A stretch of DNA of 64,000 bases from the NCBI GenBank assembly GCA_001643675.2, contig LSRY02000035.1:930001-994000 (forward strand), written 5' to 3'. A program made the position numbers and the translations under genes. Source of the stretch: Monocercomonoides exilis PA203 (lineage: Eukaryota; Protista; Preaxostyla). Of the stretch, positions 13,801-21,318 are shown piece by piece (positions within the stretch are counted from its first letter, which is position 1; every line of letters begins with the position of its first letter). The notes beneath the pieces were generated by a model. The model was not told the DNA's origin. It worked only from the letters and a program-made list of their open reading frames with translations, and searched no databases.

Positions 13801-13999
13801 CACGTGCCTCAAAATAATTGTGACTATCGCTTTTGCCAATTGATTCTTTTCTGGGGAAAACTTCAATTTGTGCAGGAATCATTTTTTCGCTTTTTGAACA
13901 ACCGGTTTCAGACATATCTTCGAACATTGCGCCACTGTTCACATGTTTGCATCCAATGTTCCATTCAATCACAGCCAACAAAAATGTCGATATATGCAT
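4811..13999 (-). CDS. Giant intronless type-I membrane protein (copy 1): Cys/Gly-rich beta-helix-like ectodomain, TM helix, degenerate tyrosine-kinase-like domain
   Basis: 3062-aa ORF. GGAI/GGG-hydrophobic and FxxC repeats; five G.D...CG....(P/R)C.(T/S) modules; TM YWLLIVCIAIVVILLVVIIVLAV; kinase C-lobe RWKAPE...FSIGMMLWECLTLEIPF...RP. Confidence 0.9.
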   Translation of the reverse strand: MHISTFLLAVIEWNIGCKHVNSGAMFEDMSETGCSKSEKMIPAQIEVFPRKESIGKSDSHNYFEARATFEGRILKENTDMKSKSGKNRENNEGKELWNEKRSHMKTNKEHSDEGTSGQQTNNMEIGECFLKGNFVLKNSSVGWKGLSLGCVNGKSVICGKERSCVVLRGCEVAVGCGTSPLELIESCGIVESITLIPSSLLSFDAPPLFSSNAVENEKADHCRVAVASSCFSSFCLSSAPFLGSASIGGVSLSDLVFFNISTKPTESSLLSPSFCESECTMSSCSFSSVCDAYDGGIVRSINLRSSSLTASNISFVGCLRTKNVEFIGSEENPSKPGRQNETADEANIFTWCEWNGSKTTGTSLGYTDGASNGGAIYMYNLASGILTAKYCSFNDCYARSYGGGIACCDISSIEMEYNSFNSCTADRYGGGGIYAYSISTCIRISGCEYQNCKAADYGGGIFLESFNISGTGCIITEIGEGESACVFDCLFTFCSLTDFGGGGMYCYGVPSAFKLRSLQFISCNATSTGGGLCFAPSQSTAPSNNIYCYFFFFHDCSCNASTPYGHDVYFEDRYNLFSSNNPFYESYTTNANEKRVCYLNNTFQETQKKDWLKEGMKDRYVGVSGDDANNLCGMSEAVPCKTVGHAVSSSMAQLSSAITVLGGRHESEGTTISVGEKKISIDGKGREVSVIGTSALSTSSTTLFSVTSGQLEVGHVEIDHNVARSSSPSVFLVSVGSGSLLLEGVVILGPTGGSVISASVFDVALNQLKISAVEIKNMKMSQPLFSEPSSAGLTSGESVLGNLTIRNVNRTTGDGVVIAKSVKGGETFVVWNTTIEGCECVNGNGGGIKIELASSTSKARIGTSTSHSGGSTAFKQCRSSGYGGGVMLFLADDSFDFAISSVNFVGCSATLGGKDVFVNGSWMTSGTITAVKLNVGHNASIYDELMGYDRNEEGMGIFPLNVFLDAFSGAAHVGKEVNGYGGYDSWFCGFGYFPCKTITKAAQNRFSSSKKKIVLDSGFELGEVVSMAGSYEWEVYCGINKTNVNVKVPSGMTTSYLINVESASSIKNIAFQIPFSLSSATSLIALTSSSLTLTDCSVAHMSESTSSVAFGYSIVNAQSGSLKMERFVIEEGLTFNDHSAIEFCEGMTSVIYSGCNISGVVKNEGDGGWMKGTVGTSGMLTVDGCNVNGCSCGGGKGGGMCVELKGNGKVVVNGMSVIDGNKAENNGGRGTRGGGMFVMMESEGCGSTIEHNVKFSKDHGNMASYGKDVFVDCGSGVFLESKVNTSSFTFFDTSTIPSDALKLSGSENGDESGVIPLFVYLCSMGTKVIVDGSGGNGLDHNHCGFDGFRCLTVDYCANSRLSESSKEIEVVSSSSITNEIAGPSFCVIISGRIVSSSSSEGGRMGVNVSDGGSATQDWLVGCSSSLTMRRLSFVVKGQLNSRRSAFIHSTSTLSVTNCSVSFEGGGLTNGKIGYSIIDMTGGNLIVDGFAMESGVTLTMNGKSPISITDGVQLELKNSRVNGVEMNVEGGNGGGGCLNIGMNEGGSAKVEECNFSSTCSSGNGMKGGGMMISVGKGGSLEMNNVDLSECEVPSEDAENGGRGMGGGMFVELLDVMESFVLEGIEFEGCNAWKGKNAFVSGWDLSEIVNKEHLKWKMSDEELRSLDELCGWEMKTTGEDGYVIPLVVYLWSNWSGNGYVSKDGGGDFSGCGYSEAPCSSIDHLISLRYSTLGEGEMHIAIMGSGLLSHSISFSSSSPPDSQDSELPQVVIEGTKKGTAVIISDEDENDLNDSIISSNMSLSFANVSFTKPTMNTQHEILIESSGTNACLSVVDCSYGSMNGMTEIAGYCLMRVNGGSAMIQRCILNMIGELKGFISFSPIVTQVIVEDVNITNAGVMERSMISMTVAGKTNRATEKAKLKGERNCCLINDKQELRFVNCSFTNITFGENGAGVLSVGTFSEGMECMVESCSIMNCKSENSEEGGGMKVVLKSGESFLRINDSSFSMCKCSKVNGYGGGVMVDGVDLNEPAGNAFGSLGLMMENIWFGMNEAFVGKDVFIRCHSIEKQINETLFVLDFNQEALKSNNSIYGRDEINRVDVDLIPLIKFYYGVQVFVNVNGADGRECGSLDDPCQSINNAAKHIQRGIMNAIVIEEEGMIGGECEIGDARITSMKRSEATIHLNGMVDEIWSEKSIVVFVDECVVEKCLFVFGGGFEAKHRSMMKAKNGRLEICECAFGSSEREQRLECSIVRVESGELKMEETMFRDLHSSAPLLIFCEESRVALDETSLSNIVCEGDVVVVGGKAAVEVKEMTVKNISVEDEGGVMKMDGAKELVRVLNSSFEGCSNSKEKGMMVEIIESASVEIEMCAFDGEGNEEVRKKRNETMKGEEICQWNGSMIDMEKSHVEMKETTIRNCKRGGLSMRGGSLKIEKGEFENNNPSIEGYPSVRRNVKCSDSAQLNVVSVKGGDGIKDNTSLWILNEGCELEGIAKERASPFFIPTLRNVEVEKAGNNLRLIFKGSLLLPCNLSFRMISLTNDVEVIDHYVFEDSGFVDESEVDGKVPLSVVADAPPETEVSVSILFGNKEASSSAAGFVVKNGSKSDSKGNERIVEGGNEGKSYWLLIVCIAIVVILLVVIIVLAVQWKKVKNEAEDLREIVNDNIRKDPKAFEMVTMEMSPEEQWRRAEREAEKKNDERIKKRVYDTNMQHSESSEHLLSESGSTECILGKDSDKIPQWALEKVEEEKIRNRTPSPSISSTCSTDSDSTFVRGEDLCPTTSSMSNLVDAMACSSPHEKLIVDLRDSLFMLLHGLNKTKEIAIGSLKEREQTAAQVLFWVANGALHSFEDEEDELPSLSNLSPHIVLFSEHMVICIALHSDCSSDSDSSSISSSTIVTSASDDDESDSLPSSAFEDEDNYKKECLRWKAPELLMNRNMGATEKSVAFSIGMMLWECLTLEIPFGEYEAETTGQKIVNGERPDINLTEECGMWNVMRKCYSPDPLQRPTLYNLKREFIQRFHAGTVMLTVSDAIDLEQSSKEDEESKIEQIKEKTVTAETSQTDAIFI

Positions 14000-14253
14000 T
14001 TTTGGTGAGATATGTTGATTTTTATTTTTCTTGATCTAATAATTTTATTATAGGTCATATTTTGATCTTTCAAACTAATGAATGGAAAATTTTTCTGTTA
14101 TCGAATTTTATTTGTGGAAATTTATTGATAAATTCAATATGAAATAGTTGGCTGGATCAACAACTCATTAATTAATCAGCCTTGAAATTTTTATTTTAAA
14201 AAAATATTTATTTAACTGGTGAATGATGTCATATTATTTGCATTGGCATAAAT

Positions 14254-14509
14254 AGGTTATTATTTTCGAAACCCTGTTTTTTCTTTAATAAATTTATGTT
14301 CGAATATTTCACTGGAACGTCAAAAAAAAAACATCGTTAAATGAAAAGACTCACAAAAGACATCATCATCTTTATTTGTGTTAAAAACACTTGTCTATTA
14401 CACGGTTGTGATGAATTCAGCATTCGAACATAAAATCTCTTTGCAAAAATAAACAATATATCCAAAATAAAATTTTCGAAAAAAGTTATGATTTCAAAAA
14501 TAATAACCC
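14254..14509 (+). mobile_element. MITE copy A (256 bp, degenerate)
   Basis: Ends AGGTTATTATTTTCGAAA ... TTTCAAAAATAATAACCC. AAAT lies directly on both sides (14250-14253, 14510-14513). Internal similarity to copy C (AAACACTTGTCTATTACACGGTTGTGATGAATTCAGCA vs AAACATTTGTTTTTGAAACAGTTCTGATGAATTAAGCA). Confidence 0.75.
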
Positions 14510-14634
14510 AAATTAATTTATAAATTTTGACATTTCAAGAAAAATGTGGGAAATTTATTATTGAAAGGATTTCATTGTCTAATAAGTGTGAAAATCGCTT
14601 GTTGACTGATCAAAGAAAAGAATTTTCAGCATAT

Positions 14635-14885
14635 GGGTGATTATTTTTGAAATTATAACTTTTTTCTGGGAGTCAATTTTTCAAAAATTGTCATTGGGAA
14701 AAGATTTTGTGATAGAATTGTTGAATTAACACAACTTTTATCAAAACAAATGTTAAAGCAGAAATAAATATGATGTGGTCTTTTTAAAGCCTTTTCACTT
14801 TTCAATGTTATTTTGTTTATATAAAGGAGAAATATTCGAACCGAAATTTTTATTAGAAATAATACGACATCAAAAATATTGACCC
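14635..14885 (-). mobile_element. MITE copy B (251 bp), inverted relative to copies A and C
   Basis: Ends GGGTGATTATTTTTGA ... TCAAAAATATTGACCC. Flanks ATAT/AAAT. Aligns to the reverse complement of copy C (CATTGGG.AAAGATT, AAAACAAATGTT.AAGC, TTCGAACCGAAA, ATACGACATCAAAAATA). Confidence 0.8.
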
Positions 14886-15824
14886 AAATATTTTAAATTA
14901 AGATAACAAGATCGAATTTTTTTATTCTGGATTACGTAACTTCATTTCAAATTTAATCATATCATTATCAAAAACACCTTCTATTTTGGTGATGATTTGT
15001 GAGTAATAACAGAAATTTAATCAAAATACCAAATTTCATTTGATTTGAAAAATTTTCACATATACGGCTTTTCAAAAAGAATAACAAATTTGCATAATTA
15101 TATTTGAAATGATTTTGATGCTTAAATTTCAAGTGCATATGTAAATTGTTTATTTTTTTGTGATTTTAATTTTGATCTAAATATTAAGCTTTTAAAAAAA
15201 GTTTGATTGGGTCATCTTTTTAATGTGACTTTTTCCTTAACTGGCACTTTTTTTGTTTTTGCTCGCCAACAATTGAAAAACGCTGGATGACTTTCAGCAC
15301 TTTATAAATCCTTTTTAACCAGTTTTATTCTATTTATTTACTGTCTTATTATTTATTTTTGTTTTTTATACATTTAGAAATTTCGTTTTTTTTTTTTTTT
15401 CGCGTTAAATTTAATAGGACTTTTACCAGCCCACCAGGCAACTCAAAAGAAATTGATGAGTTATTTTGAATTGCATAAACTATTATTTAACTGTTTTTAA
15501 ATTCTTTTTTTCACAAACACTTTTTTCTTGTTTTTTTTCACATTTCATTTTTTTAATAACACACAAACATAATACTGATTATTTCTTTATAAATATAATG
15601 AAATGATTAAAATAAAAAATTTATATGAAAATAAAACATTCTTATAATGAAGTGCTGTCAAAATCGAACATTGTTTTTTTCTTTCTGTAAAGAATTCATC
15701 AAAATATCAAAAATGTGATCTCAGATCATCATAGGTTGGTACCATTTGCATATTCCAGACAAGTACATTTCAACAATGTTCAACTTTTTAAACATTTCAT
15801 TAAAAGAATGTTTTATTTTCATAT

Positions 15825-16080
15825 GGGTGATTATTTTTGATGTCGTATCGTTCCATTCAAATTTTTCGGTTCGAAAAAACTCCCTTGAATTTTAACAAAT
15901 GAACGTAGAAAAGAGAATATGCATTTTCATAAGTCCATCGTTTTCAATTCAGCTTAAACATTTGTTTTTGAAACAGTTCTGATGAATTAAGCACTTGTAT
16001 GAATAATCTTTACCCAATGGCAAACAATCTTTAAAAAAACAGCACACCGAAAAATGTTATTATTTCAAAAAGAATCACCC
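15825..16080 (+). mobile_element. MITE copy C (256 bp) nested in the right arm of the foldback element
   Basis: 16-bp TIR GGGTGATT(A/C)TTTTTGA (15/16 match). ATAT is duplicated at 15821-15824 and 16081-16084. The left arm shows the empty site with a single ATAT. Confidence 0.9.
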
Positions 16081-16299
16081 ATATAAATTTTTATTTAAAT
16101 CATTTCATTATATTTATAAAGAAATAATCAGTATTATGTTTGTGTGTTATTAAAAAAATGAAATGTGAAAAAAAACAAGAAAAAAGTGTTTGTGAAAAAA
16201 AGAATTTAAAAACAGTTAAATAATAGTTTATGCAATTCAAAATAACTCATCAATTTCTTTTGAGTTGCCTGGTGGGCTGGTAAAAGTCCTATTAAATTT

Positions 16300-16302
<3 letters not shown>

Positions 16303-16344
<42 letters not shown>
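16303..16344 (+). repeat. A42 homopolymer in the right foldback arm
   Basis: Paired position in the left arm is T15 (15386-15400). Confidence 0.9.
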
Positions 16345-16345
<1 letters not shown>

Positions 16346-17000
16346 GAAATTTCTAAATGTATAAAAAACAAAAATAAATAATAAGACAGTAAATAAATAG
16401 AATAAAACTGGTTAAAAAGGATTTATAAAGTGCTGAAAGTCATCCAGCGTTTTTCAATTGTTGGCGAGCAAAAACAAAAAAAGTGCCAGTTAAGGAAAAA
16501 GTCACATTAAAAAGATGACCCTATTAAATGTGATAAAAAACAAAAATAATCAGTTTCCAATGGTATCTTTAATTTTGTTCAAGGATATTTGTTTCATGAG
16601 ATATAATACACCTTTTGAAATATTCTTTATAAGAAAATCTAAAAAAAGATCCAGGAAAAAAAATTCACAATTTCAAAAATTTGATATTTTTCTGCTTTTT
16701 TAAAAAAGCCTAGGTATTTTTTTCAACATCGAAGTAATTGTTTCTTCCCTTTTCAACAAAGCAATAAATATTTATAGAATAGTATTACAAAGAAAAATAT
16801 TCGAAATAATAAATTGTCATCATCTTTATTAATCAAAAAACATTAATATTTAATTTTAATTATTTCGTTATTTATTCAGCATTTTTGATGGTAATTATCA
16901 ATTTAAAAAGAAGAAAAAGACAAAAGTTCATTTTTGAAAGAACATTGATCTTACCATCATTTATCCTTTTAATTTATTAGATTTTTTATTTTGAGGATTA

Positions 17001-17974
17001 ATGATACAACCACAAGGTTTGATAAGAAATTTGAATATTTGCTAACATTTATTTGATAATTCATGTGAATTTCTTATTTGTTGTTTTGACTTGAAAAATG
17101 TTAACATTCAAAAATTATCCCTCACAACATTTAGCAAGTGTCGCAACTGGCATCGCAACACTATATGTCAATAACCTGAACGACAAACTTAAAAAACAAG
17201 GTTTTCTTTTTTATTTTATGAAACTATTCATTCATTCTGATACTTTATTAAAATAGAACTGAAAAGGAATTTATATCTTCTTTTTTCGCAATATGGAATT
17301 GTTATTGATATAGTTTGCTTAAAAACACAAAAAATGCGCGGGCAAGCTTTTATTGTATTCCGTGAACGGGGAATGGCCGCAATTGCAATGAAAAATCTTC
17401 AAGGAAAAAACTTTTTCGGAAAGCCTATGGTATGCAAAAATTTTAATAATAATTTTGAATTTTAAAGTTCATCTCATCATTTTATATAAATTTCTATCAA
17501 ATGCAAGAACATTGCATATTCTAAAAGCCAGTCTTATGCAACAATGAGAGAAGAAGGATTAGACCCTCTATGGATGGAAAGAATGGTTCAATCTGAGCAA
17601 AGAATATTATCACTATTAGAGTCTGTTAAGCCACAAAATTCTTCTGAGGCTTCTTCTTCCACTTCATCTTCATCTGTCCCAACCATACCTCCCAATAAGG
17701 TAATTTTTGTTCAAGGACTCTCACCTTTACGAACTGAAAGCAATCTTGTGGCCTTGTTCTCCAAGTTTGGTAATTTTTAATTGAATGTTTTAATTAAAGA
17801 ATGCTTTGTTTCGACAGATATCCAGGATTTGTTGAAGTTAGACTTGCTCCAACACAAAAGGAAGTTGCCTTTGTTGAATATCAGACAATTGAACAATCTA
17901 CTCGAGCTATCGGAGGACTAGACGGTTATGTGATGGAAGATGGATCAACACTTCGCCTAAGTTATCAAAAATGA
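17001..17974 (+). CDS. SNRPB2: U2 snRNP B''/U1A (SNF) two-RRM spliceosomal protein
   Basis: Exons 17001-17016, 17135-17200, 17257-17429, 17508-17764, 17818-17974. [48 protein letters not shown] has a U2B''-type loop. RRM2 reads PPNKVIFVQGL...YPGFVEVRL...AFVEY. An alternative in-frame ATG lies at 17098. Confidence 0.88.
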
Positions 17975-18052
17975 TTTTATAAAATTAAAAAATTCACACT
18001 TCAGTTATTTTTATGTTTAAATTAGAAAATGTGATATGGCTTCAGATCAAAA

Positions 18053-19611
18053 ATGGACAAGCCTCAAACTCTTGTATATCAAGAAAAGTCATTAAATTAC
18101 ACTTGCTATGATGCAAAGTGGATACCAAAAAGTGCTAGATTTGTTGTCTTAGGATGTATGCCAAGAGGAACAGGTGTAATTGAAGTATTTTCTCTTTATG
18201 GAGGAAAGCTTGAATCACAAAAACAGGTTAATTTTTTAAATCATAATTCTTCACAAAGAGTTATAACATTTTTCATATAATCACCCAAACATTTTTCATT
18301 TCATTGTAGATTGAAAAAAAGGCATCATTTAAATGTGGAACTTTTGGAGCTGCTCTTGAAGATCGTCTTCTTGCCACAGGAGACTTTGACGGAAGACTTT
18401 CACTTTGGTTTGCAACGATTGCTGAAATGTTTAATTTTTTAAACAATATTTCTTTAATTTTTGCAAATATTGTTATTTTTTTCAAAAAGGGATTTAGAAC
18501 ATCTTTCATCGCCATTATACACAGTTGGAGCACATAAACAGATTATCAACACAATAGATGGCTGCGGCGGTCGATGGGGACATGGAGCACCTGAAATTGT
18601 AACTGGAAGCCGAGATGGCTGCGTTCATGTGTGGGATCCTCGTCAAGACTCCGGACCTGTTATGAGCCTTATTGCACCAGAAAATCTTGAAAAAAAACCA
18701 GATTGTTGGGCAGTTGCTTTTGGTATCATATTTCTATTCAAAAAAACTTTTATGTTAAAAATATAATACCAATATTTATGAATAACTTTTTTAAAAGGAA
18801 ATTCTTTTGATGACAGCGAACGTTGTGTTGCATGCGGCTATGACAACGGAGATTTGAAGTTATTAGACATGAGAACACGTTCACTACGTTGGGAGGCTAA
18901 TCTTAGAAATGGAATCTGCTCTTTAGAGTTTGACAGAAGAGATATCGAGATGAATAAATTGATTGCAACAACTTTGGAAAGCAAGTTCTATTTATTTGAT
19001 ATGAGAACTCAACATCCACAAAAGGGTTATGCTAATTTGGCACAAAAGTTTGTTGATTATTTGAAAACAAAGAATTATGACATTATATGGATTGATTGAG
19101 AAAAACTATTCAACTTTTTTCATTCTTTTACAATTTGTATAATAATCTTCCACATTTTCTGTTTCGTTGATTATTTGTGTTTCCAGGGCATCAGAAGGAA
19201 CATTATGGGACGTTTCTCATCTTCCACAAAATAGAGAATTATTTGCAACAGCCGGAGGAAAAGGAAGCATCGACATATGGAGGTTTAGTGGCAGTTAAAT
19301 ATCTTTTTTAGGCATTTATAATATTGTTGTACGTTATAAATAAACAACCATTTTCAATGCAATTGGATGATCGCAATTTAATCATATGATGCAGATATCG
19401 ATATCCATCACAGCGATGGCGTGTTGATCCCGAGGACGGAAAGACTGAAGGTGTAATGGGAGAGGTGGAGCATGTGTGTGAACAGATGCTGTCTTCACAG
19501 CCAATTCACTCGATCGATTGGAATGCAGACAAACTGGGGCTGGGTGTTGTGACTTCGTTTGATCAGACAGTCAGGGTGATTATTGTGACAAGGCTGAACA
19601 AATATGAGTGA
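18053..19611 (+). CDS. WDR92: WD repeat protein 92 (dynein axonemal assembly factor 10)
   Basis: Multi-exon. KPQ...[82 protein letters not shown] match WDR92. Confidence 0.93.
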
Positions 19612-20144
19612 AACGAAAAGAACTGTTGAATGATACACGACTGTTTATATGAGACAAAAGTTCATTCAGTGCAGACTCTGCAAAACATGTATCGTAATTC
19701 CGTTTATGATAACTTCACTTCCAAATTCATTTCTCACTACAAACTGGTTTATTGATATTTTTTTATGACCTTTTTATTTCAATTTTTTTTTATCGCAAAC
19801 ATTCGAAAAGACACTTCATGGTTCAATTTGAAAATTATAATAAAAAAATTGACCATTTAAAATATTCCGAAGAAAGAAATCTTTATTTATGCAAAGCAGC
19901 GAGAAAACATTAAGTGAAGATTAAATAGATGCAAATTGAGGTGTACTGAAGTTGAGATGAAAAATGAAAAAACAAAAAGGAGCATAAAAAATAGATTCAT
20001 TCTTCTCCATTACTAAAATATTCAATTCAGTCCTATCAGCTTCTCAGGCATGATTCCATTTCATTTGCAAGACTGTTGAAAAATTCTTCTTTTGCAATAA
20101 TTCCTTTCTCATTTCTTTTTGTGTACTTCTTTTCTTACTCCCAT

Positions 20145-21148
20145 TTATGCTCCAATTGGGAGAGGAGATGGGTCATCAATGTACTTGCCGAATAATTCGA
20201 AGTTGTCCTGCTTCACAACCCATCTTACCCCATTTTTGTCAGCAATTACCACATTCGTTAACCCTCCTGACGCAGAATCTCGATGCTGTGCGTGATAGAT
20301 TGAACGCCGCGCTATATCAACAGCTTCTTCTTCTGTCAGATCTTCGCGATAATATTGGTCAAGAACACCGATAGCAAATGGCGAACCAGAACCACATGCA
20401 AAAATCTTTCCTTGAATTCTTTGGCCTTCAGAATCTATATAATACATATCAGGCCCCTGCAAAATCCACATAAAATTACATATATATTCATTTTAATAAT
20501 TGTATAAAATTTATCAAATTTCATACAAATTGATCATATCCGACAATCATTGATCCAACAGAAAGGTCCCTTCCCTTATATTGATTCAAAATATTGGAAT
20601 AATATTTGCTTGCTCCTGCAACAGTCATAGGACGCTTGTTTTTAAGTTCGTATAACCTGTATTAATTAGAAAAAAAGTGTTTATTTGTGAGAAAAACTAT
20701 TTCAAATTAAAAAAAAGCTCCGTACTGTGCTTCCGCTCCTACAACACGGCTCCAATATTGGCAATCCGCAGCAGAACCTGCCATAGTAGAAACCATGATG
20801 TCATTGATTTGGATAATTTTTTTAACAGTTTGGCATGCTGGACAAAAGGAAAAATTTCTCAAAATTATTTTTGTCAAAACAAAAATCAAACAAATAACTG
20901 TCCCCATTGTACTTCTGGAATCAGATGCAATACATGCAAAATCTTTGCACAAGAAAGCTAAGCAAGTTGTACCATGCGCATAGTCAATAGAAGTGCCTTT
21001 AATCTATCAAAATTTCGGAGGATTGTACAAAAATAAATAAAAGTGAAAAAATGAATTCAATGGCAAAATCCCGATAAACATAAGTTATTTTAAATGTATC
21101 TCAAACTTTGTGGTCAGATTTAGGAGTATCCTTGAAAACAATCGACAT
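20145..21148 (-). CDS. PSMB5: 20S proteasome subunit beta5 (chymotrypsin-like)
   Basis: AHG|TTCLAF processing site, DSRSTMG, TVKKIIQIN, TMAGSAADCQYW, LSVGSMIVGYD, GSGSPFA, HRDSASGG. About 4 introns. Confidence 0.93.
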
Positions 21149-21318
21149 TGATCTCAGAGAAAATTAATTAAAAATGGGAACAAATAATTATTCTGGAAAT
21201 AACAAATACTCAATTTATTTTCAATCAACTGATACGTTCAAATACGTGTGAAATTATCTCTCGAATGAATTTTATCAACATGGGTCGGATCACATTTGAA
21301 TATTATTAAAAACATTTT

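Larger units (their letters stand above)
15209..16521. mobile_element. Non-autonomous foldback element with ~465-bp inverted arms
   Basis: Left arm 15209-15675 is the reverse complement of 15772-15824 plus 16085-16521. Termini GGGTCATC...GATGACCC, flanks GATT/TATT, spacer about 96 bp, no credible ORF. Confidence 0.9.

Noticed and set aside
5128-14034. Many long + strand ORFs (up to 389 aa), repeated at 51153-60369
   Set aside because: Antisense shadows of the purine-rich giant genes. They are F/S/P/I-rich with no motifs, and are conserved only because the host gene is duplicated.
16303-16344. A42 as a retroelement poly(A) tail
   Set aside because: It pairs with T15 in the opposite foldback arm, so it is an expanded internal homopolymer. 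No TSD or retro body is present.
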